From assembly GCA_963664745.2 (NCBI GenBank), contig CAXXMC010000001.1, forward strand, positions 264-64,263: a DNA stretch of 64,000 nucleotides. The letters run 5' to 3'. This document shows, one piece after another, positions 56,221-64,000 of the stretch. This DNA is from Phycisphaerae bacterium (lineage in GTDB: Bacteria > Planctomycetota > Phycisphaerae > SM23-33). The notes beneath the pieces were generated by a model. That model saw only the letters and a program-made list of their open reading frames with translations, did no database searches and was not told where the DNA came from. The translations under genes were made by a program, and so were the position numbers. Within the stretch, counting starts at the first letter, position 1. Each line of letters opens with the position of its first letter.

Positions 56221-56256
56221 GCGTGCCGGGGCTCATGTCCCGGCACGTTTTTTATT
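56221..56256 (+). terminator. Intrinsic terminator of dnaK
   Basis: The GC-rich hairpin cgtgccggg-gctcatgt-cccggcacg is followed by TTTTTTATT, 50 nt after the dnaK stop. Confidence 0.8.
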
Positions 56257-56371
56257 CAACAATCGCGTCTATCAGCCATTCGGGCTTAAAACAAAAACAA
56301 CTTAGTCGGCCCTGAAAAAGTTGGTGTAGCCCTTAAAATAGGCTATAAAATTGCTGTAGTGCCGGTTACAA

Positions 56372-56704
56372 ATTGCAAGGTTCCGGCGAATAACTACTCG
56401 CAGCCTTGCAATACGAAGCCATCATTCAATGTCCAACTGACGTTTCTCCCCGTGTCATACCCGCGAAAGCGGGTATCCAGGGCCAGCCCAACCGGGGTAA
56501 TATTTCCATCATGGGCTTGTTTTCCAGTCTTGATTACATTCCCTGGATTCCGGGCCGCCAGCGGCGGTGGCATAAGCTTCGCTCCGCCCGGAATGACAAG
56601 AAAACAACTTTTTCAGGGAACAACTACTCATGCGTGCCGGGGCTCCTGTCCCGGCACGCAAAATAATAAAAAATGAAGAAAGATTGCTTCGCTTCGCTCG
56701 CAAT
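56372..56704. repeat. Cluster of palindromic hairpin units (REP-like) in the dnaK/plsC convergent intergenic region
   Basis: Five stems are visible:
- attgcaagg/ccttgcaat at 56372..56412
- atacccgc-gaaa-gcgggtat at 56458..56477
- attccgggc/gcccggaat at 56547..56594
- gcgtgccgggg..cccggcacgc at 56632..56659, a near copy of the dnaK terminator stem
- attgc..gcaat at 56683..56704. Confidence 0.6.
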
Positions 56705-56742
56705 GACAAATGCATAGAAAAGACGAAAAACTAGCAACAGTA

Positions 56743-57456
56743 TCACTCGTCGTAATGCAGGGCAGGTTTGCCGAGGTGTTTGTGCAGTTCTGTCTGCATC
56801 TCGATCATTTGCTTTCTGACGAGTTCGACGAAATCCACAGCTGAATATTTCCGTGCTTCGTCGCGATGGATTGGTTTGCCGTACTGAACTACGACCCTCG
56901 AGCCGAGTCTTGGGACGACACTGCCTTTGGGCCAGGCTTCGAAAGCGCCGTCTATGAGGACGGGCACGGTCCAGGTAGCAGCTTTCATGCTCAGCATAGC
57001 CGAGCCGGGCAGGAATTTTCCGATCCGCCCGTCGGTCGTTCTTGTTCCCTCTGGAAAGACCAGCAGAGTCTTGTTCGCCTTGAGGCGACGAATGGATTCT
57101 TTCAGCGCTCCGACATCGCCCTCGCCGCGTTTAACAGGAAATGCGTGAACGGAATCGATTAATTTGGCAAAATATTTATTACGGAACAGGGAATCCCTTG
57201 CCATGAAATGGCCTGGTCGCTGAAGCGGGCCACAGACCATGATGGGGTCGTAGTAGCTTTGATGATTGGCCATATACAGAACCCCGCCGGTCGCCGGTTC
57301 GTGGTGGCGATTGTAGGCTCTGCCGCTCCAAACAGTCACAGCCATGAGATGGGCAATGCGTCGCATGAAGCGATAATAAAGCCCCGCCTGTTCAACGTCA
57401 CCGGGCAGTTTCCAGCTCGTCAATGCCGGATTAGGATGGCTGCGGTATCCTTTCAT
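56743..57456 (-). CDS. plsC: 1-acyl-sn-glycerol-3-phosphate acyltransferase
   Basis: The acyltransferase motifs are ..ANHQSYYD.. (HX4D) and ..VFPEGTRT.. It overlaps the cmk stop by 4 nt. Confidence 0.85.
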   Translation of the reverse strand: MKGYRSHPNPALTSWKLPGDVEQAGLYYRFMRRIAHLMAVTVWSGRAYNRHHEPATGGVLYMANHQSYYDPIMVCGPLQRPGHFMARDSLFRNKYFAKLIDSVHAFPVKRGEGDVGALKESIRRLKANKTLLVFPEGTRTTDGRIGKFLPGSAMLSMKAATWTVPVLIDGAFEAWPKGSVVPRLGSRVVVQYGKPIHRDEARKYSAVDFVELVRKQMIEMQTELHKHLGKPALHYDE

Positions 57457-58115
57457 CTTGCTTTCTCCACATAGCGACGCAATTGTTCGAGAGTCTCGTC
57501 AATCGTTTTATCGGTCGTGTCGATAATCATTGCGTCGTCCGGTACTTTCAGCGGGCCTACTGACCGTGAGGAGTCACTATGGTCGCGCTTTACGATGGCG
57601 GTGAGGATTTCCTGATAGTCAGCCTGCTCGCCGCGCTGGATAAGCTCAGCCTGACGTCGTTTTGCTCGCACTGTGGGGGTCGCGTCGAGGTAGAATTTGA
57701 AGTCCGCATTTGGAAATACAACCGTGCCCTGCTCCCGCCCTTCCGTAACGAAATCTCCCAGTTCCAGGCCTGTTTTTCTTTGCAGGTCGACCAGGACTTC
57801 TCGCACAGCCGGGCAGTTGGCTACGTAGTGGGCGTTGGTGGATACTTCCTCGGTTCGGATATCCTTGCTGACATCCGAGCCATCCATTTCCACGCATACG
57901 CCTTCGGGGTTTGGAATCATTTTCAGATCAATCTGGCGAGCCTGTGCGACCAGTGCGTCCGCGTCTTGCATATCCACACCCCCACGCAGTGCGCGGAGGG
58001 TCACGGCCCGATACGTTGCACCTGAATCGAGATACGAAATACCCAATACCTGGGCTAACTTGCGGGCAGCTGTGCTCTTACCAGACCCCGCTGGGCCATC
58101 TATTGTTATTATCAT
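57453..58115 (-). CDS. cmk: Cytidylate kinase
   Basis: MIITIDGPAGSGKSTAARKLAQVLGISYLDSGATYRA.. is the canonical Cmk N-terminus. The length is 220 aa. Confidence 0.93.
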   Translation of the reverse strand: MIITIDGPAGSGKSTAARKLAQVLGISYLDSGATYRAVTLRALRGGVDMQDADALVAQARQIDLKMIPNPEGVCVEMDGSDVSKDIRTEEVSTNAHYVANCPAVREVLVDLQRKTGLELGDFVTEGREQGTVVFPNADFKFYLDATPTVRAKRRQAELIQRGEQADYQEILTAIVKRDHSDSSRSVGPLKVPDDAMIIDTTDKTIDETLEQLRRYVEKAR

Positions 58116-58232
58116 GCGGGGATTTTAGCAGATGAGCAAGGTCATTGACAATAATTACCTCAAAAGTGAGTGAATTTTTACGGATATTCCTGCGGGAAAT
58201 CGGAACAAATGAGAAAGTTTACAAATTGTGGA

Positions 58233-58260
58233 TTGACAAAAGTGGTTTGATCGCTAAATT
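58233..58260 (+). promoter_or_regulatory. Putative sigma70-type promoter of tRNA-Leu
   Basis: TTGACA at 58233..58238 and TAAATT at 58255..58260 are separated by a 16-nt spacer, ~27 nt upstream of the tRNA 5' end. This is a sequence match only. Confidence 0.45.
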
Positions 58261-58287
58261 AGTCTCTTCCGGGTATATCCCGGTTGA

Positions 58288-58371
58288 GCGGCCGTGGCGG
58301 AATTGGCAGACGCGCAGGCTTCAGGTGCCTGTTTCCGTATGGAAGTGGAGGTTCGACTCCTCTCGGCCGCA
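58288..58371 (+). tRNA. tRNA-Leu (anticodon CAG), class II with long variable arm
   Basis: The acceptor stem GCGGCCG/CGGCCGC pairs perfectly. The D-arm region is TGGCGGAATTGGCAGACGCG. The anticodon stem-loop is CAGGC-TTCAGGT-GCCTG. A long variable arm and the T-arm GGAGGTTCGACTCCTC follow. It closely parallels E. coli tRNA-Leu(CAG), and no CCA is encoded. Confidence 0.92.
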
Positions 58372-58372
58372 T

Positions 58373-58406
58373 GGGTGTGATTCGCAGAGAATCGCACCCT
58401 TTTTTA
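58373..58406 (+). terminator. Intrinsic terminator after tRNA-Leu
   Basis: The hairpin ggtgtgattc-gcaga-gaatcgcacc is followed by TTTTTTAT immediately after the tRNA. Confidence 0.7.
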
Positions 58407-58543
58407 TGCGCGGAGACATTGGCAAAAATCCCGCCTTTTCGTATATGCCAATGAAAATTCTTTTCTGGACAGCGGCATAAGAAACGCTAAAATATCCGCG
58501 GCTTACTATTACTTTCGCACATCAGCAGTCTGGAGTTTTTGCC

Positions 58544-59428
58544 ATGATGAACATTGCCGTCATGAAAACGTTTTGCGATCTCGTCGACACGGGTAGTTTT
58601 TCGCGTGCTGCCGAATCCAACTACGTTTCACAGTCAGCTGTATCACAGCAATTGTCAAAACTGGAGCAGGATCTTTCCGTTCAACTTATAACCAGAGGGG
58701 GTGGCCTGATCACGCCTACCGAGGCAGGCAGCGCTTTTTACAACGGGGCGCGTGAAATCATCAGGCGGTACGAACAGCTGATCGGTGAAGTCAAAAGTGC
58801 AAGTGACTCCGTTCGCGGCGTGTTGCGCGTCGGTACGATCTACTCTGTCGGATTCTATCTGCTTGATCATTTCGTTCGGGATTTTCTACAGGAACACCCG
58901 GAAGTGAATCTTCATGTTTCATACACGGGCTGGAATCACATTTACGCAGCTATAATCAGTGGGGAAATGGACCTGGGCGTTGTCGCCTGCCCAGAAAAAA
59001 ATCGCTCGCTGGATATTGTCCCGCTGGCAAGCGAGGAACTCGTCATGGTATGCGCGCCGGACCATCCTCTCACCAAACGCAAAGACATAATGCCGAAAGA
59101 TCTCGCCGGCGAACAATTTATCGCTTTCGAAGCCAATATTCCCACCCGCCGGCATATCGACAGTCTGCTCAAGCGGGCTGGGGTCAACCTGGAAGTCGTT
59201 ATGGAGTTCGACAATATCGAACTTTTAAAGCGTGCGATAATGGTTGGATCGGGGATTGGCATTCTTCCAAGGGCCAATGTTGAACATGAGAGGCAGCATG
59301 ACGATCTGGCTTACGTCCGTTTCAAGAATTCCGCCCGCTGGAGCAGGCCTCTGGGCATTCTCCGACGACGGGGCAGACAGCCCAGCCCTGCGGAAAAAAT
59401 GTTCCTGGAAATCCTCACCGCCAAATAA
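58544..59428 (+). CDS. LysR-family transcriptional regulator
   Basis: The N-terminal HTH is ..MKTFCDLVDTGSFSRAAESNYVSQSAVSQQLSKLEQDL.. A LysR substrate-binding domain follows. Confidence 0.9.
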   Translation: MMNIAVMKTFCDLVDTGSFSRAAESNYVSQSAVSQQLSKLEQDLSVQLITRGGGLITPTEAGSAFYNGAREIIRRYEQLIGEVKSASDSVRGVLRVGTIYSVGFYLLDHFVRDFLQEHPEVNLHVSYTGWNHIYAAIISGEMDLGVVACPEKNRSLDIVPLASEELVMVCAPDHPLTKRKDIMPKDLAGEQFIAFEANIPTRRHIDSLLKRAGVNLEVVMEFDNIELLKRAIMVGSGIGILPRANVEHERQHDDLAYVRFKNSARWSRPLGILRRRGRQPSPAEKMFLEILTAK

Positions 59429-59457
59429 AAAAAGTCAACCAGGCAAAATCTGAAACT

Positions 59458-61395
59458 CTAATGCTGATTGTGAAGCGGGCCATCGATCGGCAACTGAACC
59501 GTAAATGTCGTGCCGTTCGAGCCTGTCATGAAATCGACACTACCCCTGTGCATATCGACAAAATGTTTGACAATCGCAAGGCCCAGCCCCATGCCCCGCT
59601 TGCCAAAACCACTCTTCCCAGTTGAATGTTTCAGCGTATCCGAACCGCTATAAAAAGGCTCAAAAACGTGAGGCCGGTCTGACTCCGGAATGCCAGGCCC
59701 CTGGTCTGCAATCTGAATCGCTACGTACCCGCCAAGCCTGCGCTGAACGGAAATATTGATCTGACCCTCGTCGGGCGTGAACTTGATGGCGTTCATCACG
59801 ATATTATCGATTATGTCCCGCAGCTTCCGACGATCGGCCTGTACGATTGTGTCATGCTCGCCGGGTTCAATGACCAGCCTTTGGCCTCGACGTTCTATCC
59901 AGGGTTTACAGTCCATGTAAACGCTTTCGAGCATTTCCGAGACGTTCACCGCGGAGTATTCCATCCCCTCAGCCAGGCTCTGCTCGGGAATCAGCTTGAA
60001 CATGGCCTGGATTATCTCGTCAAGCCGACCGGCCTTGAAACCCATCGTGTCTATGGCCTTGTGAAGACGTTCAATGTCATCACAATTTTTCATCAGGGTA
60101 GCCATGCCCACAATGTAGCTGACTGGCGTGCGAAGCTCATGGCCTGCGATACGGATAAAATCTTCCTTCAGCAGATTGGCTTCGATCAATTCGTCATGCG
60201 ACCGCTGAAGCTTCCGAACCATGTTGTTGAAGTCACGAGCCAAATTGTCAATTTCGTCCGTCCCCAATACTCTCGTCCCAGCCCAGCTGGAATCAGCACG
60301 GTGTTGCAATTCCCCCTCAGAGACATGCCTCGCACTTTCGCCAATTTTTCTTATGCGATTAATCAGACTGCGGTCGATCAACAGCACTCCGCCAAAAAAC
60401 AGGGCGCTGATGCACACCAGGCCTATGAGTAACATCATAAGACTAAGCCTGGCCAGACCGTACTGCACGTTTGATTTCGACATCTGAGCCATAAGGGTCC
60501 ACGGCGAAATCAGAACAGGCAAATTATCTAGCCTGTCCGGCATTTGAACCAGGGCATATGCTCGGACCGTTCCATCTGCGGTCGGCTGCCATGCGCCGCG
60601 CGGGCCAACCGAAACAATTGTCTGCCAATCGGAAATTTGCTTGGTCAACGGCTTGTCATAGCCAGCCAGGATATTACCACTGTGCAAAATATAGCCATAT
60701 TCACCAATTACCATCAGATCGGCTTTGTCTCCGGCGAAATCTATATCACAATCCGGCAGCCAACGGCTGATATCCATTACCGCCTTAGCGACGCCAAGGA
60801 CTTTTCCATTCTGCATAATTGGAATGCAAAGGCTGACGCCCCACACCTTGGCGCTGGTGTCATAGTTGATTCGAGGGATGAATATCTGTCCCTTGCCGTC
60901 GTTATAGCAACGCTGCCACCATTCTTCATCAGCCTGGTAGTAATCGTCCGTTCTGTTGGTTGCCGCAATGAGCTGGCCGAACCTGTCCGTGATAACAAGC
61001 TCAGCCAGGACAGAGTTTTCCTGCATTATTACCTGCAGCACCTCTGCGGTCGCATTGTTCAGTACATCATGCACCGGCCCGGTCCCAGTTGGCAGCGTCG
61101 GCCATTTGCGATCCAATTCCTGCAATTCTTCTTCTGGGAGGGGTTGCTTTGCGTCTCGCAGATGCTGAAGAACCGCCCGCTCATGAAGAGCTACCTTCAG
61201 CAGGTCAATGTCCTTGACCAGTTCGACCTCCATTATTCGTGCCTGACCGCTGACCAGGGAAAGGATGCCCTTGCCGAATATCTCGCTGCGCAGATGCCTG
61301 CCGCCTACGACAATTGTCAACAGGGCTGCCAACAACGGAAGCAACGCCACCGCCACAAGAAGAAGAACCAATTTCGTACGAATACCTAATTTCAT
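59458..61395 (-). CDS. Sensor histidine kinase (periplasmic Cache-like domain, HAMP, HisKA, HATPase_c)
   Basis: Two TM segments flank a ~290-aa periplasmic domain. The kinase boxes are H-box ..GHELRTPV.., N-box ..NAIKFTP.., G1 ..DQGPGIP.. and G2 ..GMGLGLAIV.. Confidence 0.9.
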   Translation of the reverse strand: MKLGIRTKLVLLLVAVALLPLLAALLTIVVGGRHLRSEIFGKGILSLVSGQARIMEVELVKDIDLLKVALHERAVLQHLRDAKQPLPEEELQELDRKWPTLPTGTGPVHDVLNNATAEVLQVIMQENSVLAELVITDRFGQLIAATNRTDDYYQADEEWWQRCYNDGKGQIFIPRINYDTSAKVWGVSLCIPIMQNGKVLGVAKAVMDISRWLPDCDIDFAGDKADLMVIGEYGYILHSGNILAGYDKPLTKQISDWQTIVSVGPRGAWQPTADGTVRAYALVQMPDRLDNLPVLISPWTLMAQMSKSNVQYGLARLSLMMLLIGLVCISALFFGGVLLIDRSLINRIRKIGESARHVSEGELQHRADSSWAGTRVLGTDEIDNLARDFNNMVRKLQRSHDELIEANLLKEDFIRIAGHELRTPVSYIVGMATLMKNCDDIERLHKAIDTMGFKAGRLDEIIQAMFKLIPEQSLAEGMEYSAVNVSEMLESVYMDCKPWIERRGQRLVIEPGEHDTIVQADRRKLRDIIDNIVMNAIKFTPDEGQINISVQRRLGGYVAIQIADQGPGIPESDRPHVFEPFYSGSDTLKHSTGKSGFGKRGMGLGLAIVKHFVDMHRGSVDFMTGSNGTTFTVQLPIDGPLHNQH

Positions 61396-61617
61396 TCAAT
61401 TACACCGGATTATGCTGTAAAGTTTTATATTGTATAGATTTGAACGGGCAAAATGCTAAGTTTTTTTTGGTAAATTTCATTAATTTCTTGATAGCTTTGT
61501 GCAAATCAGGCCGATACTCTTTAATCAGACACCTTGTTCGCTCAGTCGATATTAGGTATTTTGAGAAAAATGTATATGAAATCTTAGTTTTCCTGGTTCA
61601 AAAAAAGGATAAAAAAC

Positions 61618-62688
61618 ATGAGAGCTGAATCTTTGGAGTTTCTAAAGGAATTACTGACAACCCCCTCGCCGAGTGGCTACGAGTCAAAAATCCAGAAAAT
61701 ATGGTGCGACTACGTCAGGCCTTTCGCTGATGAAATTACGACCGACGCGTACGGCAATGCCATTGCCGTCCTGAACCCCAAGGGCGACCCGAAGGTTCTC
61801 ATCGATGGTCATATTGACGAAGTAGGGCTGATGGTAAAACATATTTCCAAGGAAGGTTTTATCTACTTCCAGCGGATTGGCGGAGTGGATTCCGCCCTCG
61901 TGCGCGGCAAGCGGGTCAATATCCACACCAAAAAGGGAATTGTCCGAGGCGTGATCGGCGCCACTGCGATACACCTTTCTGATCGTGCCAAAGAGCCCAA
62001 AGTGCCGAAGATGCACGAAACTTTCATCGATATCGGCGCAACTGACGACAAAGCTGCGAAAAAGAAAGTCGCCATAGGAGACCCGGTAACATTCGTGGAC
62101 GATTTTGAGATGCTTGACAAGAACATCGCTGTCTCGCGAGCGTTGGATAATCGCATAGGCTGTTGGATAGCTGCGGAAATTCTGCGAATGGCCAAGGCTT
62201 CGAAGGCTGCGCCGAAATGCGCGATCTACGCATGCAGTTCCATTCAGGAAGAGACAGGCTGTAACGGCGCTCAAATGCAGGTCGAAAACGTCAAGCCGGA
62301 CGTAGCTATCGCTGTAGACGTAACGCACGCAACTGACACACCAGGAATTGACGTCAAACAGCATGGTGAAGTGAAAATGGGCAAGGGCCCAACCGTTTCG
62401 ATTGGCAGGGAGAATCACCCCGTACTGGTTGATCGTTTGCGCAACATCGCAGAGAAAAAGAAAATCCCTCTGCAGATAGAAACTTTCTCGCTGACAGGCG
62501 GCACGGATGCGTATGTCATGTGGACAAGAAACGGCGGTGTGCCCTCAGCCATCGTCAGTCCGCCAACCCGATACATGCACTCTACCGTCGAGATGATGGA
62601 CTTGCGTGATCTTCAACACGTAGCGGACTGGCTGACTGCCTTCACTCTCGACCTGAAAAAAGGAGAACGATTCAAAGTTAAGGTTTAA
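61618..62688 (+). CDS. M42-family metallopeptidase (glutamyl aminopeptidase/FrvX-like)
   Basis: ..TPSPSGYE.., ..DGHIDEVGLMV.., ..RALDNRIGC.. and ..IQEETGCNGA.. are M42 signatures. The length is 356 aa. Confidence 0.88.
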   Translation: MRAESLEFLKELLTTPSPSGYESKIQKIWCDYVRPFADEITTDAYGNAIAVLNPKGDPKVLIDGHIDEVGLMVKHISKEGFIYFQRIGGVDSALVRGKRVNIHTKKGIVRGVIGATAIHLSDRAKEPKVPKMHETFIDIGATDDKAAKKKVAIGDPVTFVDDFEMLDKNIAVSRALDNRIGCWIAAEILRMAKASKAAPKCAIYACSSIQEETGCNGAQMQVENVKPDVAIAVDVTHATDTPGIDVKQHGEVKMGKGPTVSIGRENHPVLVDRLRNIAEKKKIPLQIETFSLTGGTDAYVMWTRNGGVPSAIVSPPTRYMHSTVEMMDLRDLQHVADWLTAFTLDLKKGERFKVKV

Positions 62689-62725
62689 AACCGGCTCGCT
62701 TACGCGACTGGATATTCAGTACAAT

Positions 62726-63676
62726 TTATTTGCTGGAAACACCACCGTCCTGGGCTTCTGCCTGGGACGGTTTTTTGGGATCAGGCATCGGGTCGGGATT
62801 CAGACCTGTACCATTACAAGCGGTGCAAGTAAATTCCTTTTTCCCTTCACATACAGCACAATCGACATAACCCGGGTCGCGGTTGCCGCTGCAAAATTCA
62901 CATTTCTCTGATATCCCGATTTTCTTGCGACCAACAGTGATAATCTCTTTGCACCACTCGCAGTCTACCTTGCTACTTACACGCCTGGTTTCTCGTCCGT
63001 CGCTTGTTCTTCGTGTTTTATATTTGTAGCCAGAAACCTTTGTAGTACCTTTACAGTGCGAGCAAACTTTATACCAATTACCATGGCATTCTTCGCATTT
63101 CTCGCGTCCCGTACCACGACATGCCTCACACCGAATACTCCGTCTACCTTGACATATCGGACAAAAATTCTTGCCTGAAACTTTTGTCTTTACCACTTCA
63201 TCCGGCTTGACTTCTTCACCCGTCAACTGGTCCAGCCGGAATTGCATTAAAACTCCGGGCCATTTTATATTACTAGCCTTTAACAACCCGTCAGCTTCTT
63301 TTGTGCCAATAGCTTTAAGCCATTCCTGTTTTATTTTCTTCTGATCCTTTTTGAGGAGCTCTATCGACTCGCGATATAACTTAATCGCCTTTTCATTTTC
63401 CCCTGCCTTGCGAAACCTCTCTGCTTTATTAAATTTTTCAAAAGGAATCTCAAGTTTCTTGATTGGTACCAGCCTGACGTACTGAATGTCTGTCGACTTT
63501 TTTTTATATTCTTTTGTTTTAGTTTCACCGCCTATTTTTCTGGTGACTTCAAAACAAATGAACTCAGCATCCATCTTTTTTATTACGGCATCCTTATAAG
63601 GAAAAGCTTTGATTTGAACGTCGTCTGCGCAGACAGGCCCTGCCAGTATAAATAATAATAAAAATACCCGTTTCAT
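62726..63676 (-). CDS. Secreted hypothetical protein with multiple CxxC (DnaJ-type zinc-finger-like) repeats
   Basis: The ATG at 63676 gives the signal peptide MKRVFLLLFILAGPVCA. The C-terminal half contains CPICQGRRSIRCEACRGTGREKCEECHG..CSHCKGT..CEWC..CEFCSG..CAVCEGKKEFTCTACNGTG. Confidence 0.65.
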   Translation of the reverse strand: MKRVFLLLFILAGPVCADDVQIKAFPYKDAVIKKMDAEFICFEVTRKIGGETKTKEYKKKSTDIQYVRLVPIKKLEIPFEKFNKAERFRKAGENEKAIKLYRESIELLKKDQKKIKQEWLKAIGTKEADGLLKASNIKWPGVLMQFRLDQLTGEEVKPDEVVKTKVSGKNFCPICQGRRSIRCEACRGTGREKCEECHGNWYKVCSHCKGTTKVSGYKYKTRRTSDGRETRRVSSKVDCEWCKEIITVGRKKIGISEKCEFCSGNRDPGYVDCAVCEGKKEFTCTACNGTGLNPDPMPDPKKPSQAEAQDGGVSSK

Positions 63677-63842
63677 GATAAACCCTTTCGTCAAATCCCG
63701 TTAAATCACATTTAAATAGCCACCATTATTAAACACTACCTTACCAATAGTGCAAACTTGTGTAAATGTTTTTATGAACCTTTTTTTTCCGGGACGACTA
63801 TTTTCTTGCTCTGGGTTTACCGCAAATTGAAATTTCCTGCAT

Positions 63843-64000
63843 CAATCCTCGATGGCCACCTTCATTTCGTCCGAGTTGGCTTTGAGTTCCGGGGCGTACA
63901 TAGCGCTGGCCTTGGTCGGCAGAGCGCTGAAACTGCCTGGAATTTCCGCACGCATGCGATATCGCAGGCTATGCTGGCCTCGGGCGAGCCGACGGATGAA
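63843..64000 (-). CDS. 3' end of an unidentified CDS running off the window (partial)
   Basis: The minus-strand frame is open from the window edge to TGA at 63843..63845 (..[49 protein letters not shown]). At 52 codons it is too short to assign. Confidence 0.35.

Noticed and set aside
56359-56715. Three ORFs (56359..56676, 56406..56666 and 56509..56715) lie in the dnaK-plsC spacer.
   Set aside because: They are translations of stacked palindromic units, giving strings such as ..PAKAGIQ.., ..PRKRVSR.. and ..SLRAKRSNL.. They overlap each other on both strands and have no RBS or coding periodicity.
58213-58224. A 12-nt identity (gaaagtttacaa) links the spacer upstream of tRNA-Leu with the right terminus plus flank of the IS at 17741..17755.
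   Set aside because: It could be a solo IR scar, but the match does not extend further and no second end or duplication is visible. It may be chance.

Overview
This 64-kb window looks like a PVC-superphylum chromosome segment, probably Planctomycetota or Phycisphaerae-like. The by-eye clues are a DUF1559 pseudopilin, PEP-CTERM anchors, planctomycete-type dockerin repeats and an LExRxLLSA leader. No searches were run.

Positions 1 to about 40.8 kb are accessory and full of insertion sequences (IS). I delimited four apparently intact IS with inverted repeats (IR) and, for three of them, target-site duplications (TSD):
- IS21 family, 729..3336
- IS4/IS701-like, 16338..17752
- IS701 family, 35179..36650
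- IS4 family, 37166..38484

At least six further IS fragments (IS66-, rve- and IS4-like) are present.

Between the IS lie:
- An AraC-controlled oxidoreductase/isomerase/aminotransferase sugar operon (5.7-11.2 kb), whose DegT gene is frameshifted.
- A LacI-headed glycan operon (12.3-22 kb): DUF1559 pseudopilin, GH130, an alpha/alpha-repeat protein, an IS insertion, a non-pyrrolysine MttB-superfamily methyltransferase homologue and a GH36-like hydrolase.
- A locus of four secreted beta-helix proteins in two tandem paralogue pairs (22.4-28.4 kb), carrying dockerin-like repeats, PEP-CTERM anchors and poly-G tracts.
- Two more dockerin/PEP-CTERM surface proteins, one of them cleanly split by an IS.
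- Two DUF4143 AAA ATPases, each preceded by a copy of an unexplained 270-bp repeat.

Positions 40.9-64 kb are core housekeeping: nadB, glnS, nadE, dnaK, plsC, cmk, tRNA-Leu(CAG), LysR, a sensor kinase and an M42 peptidase. A few hypothetical, lipoprotein and zinc-finger genes are interspersed.

I saw no rRNA, CRISPR array or prophage. The leads I rank highest are the MttB-like gene inside a CAZyme operon with no corrinoid partner, the beta-helix/dockerin/PEP-CTERM surface-protein locus, and the 270-bp repeat. All family assignments come from motif reading, not database searches.
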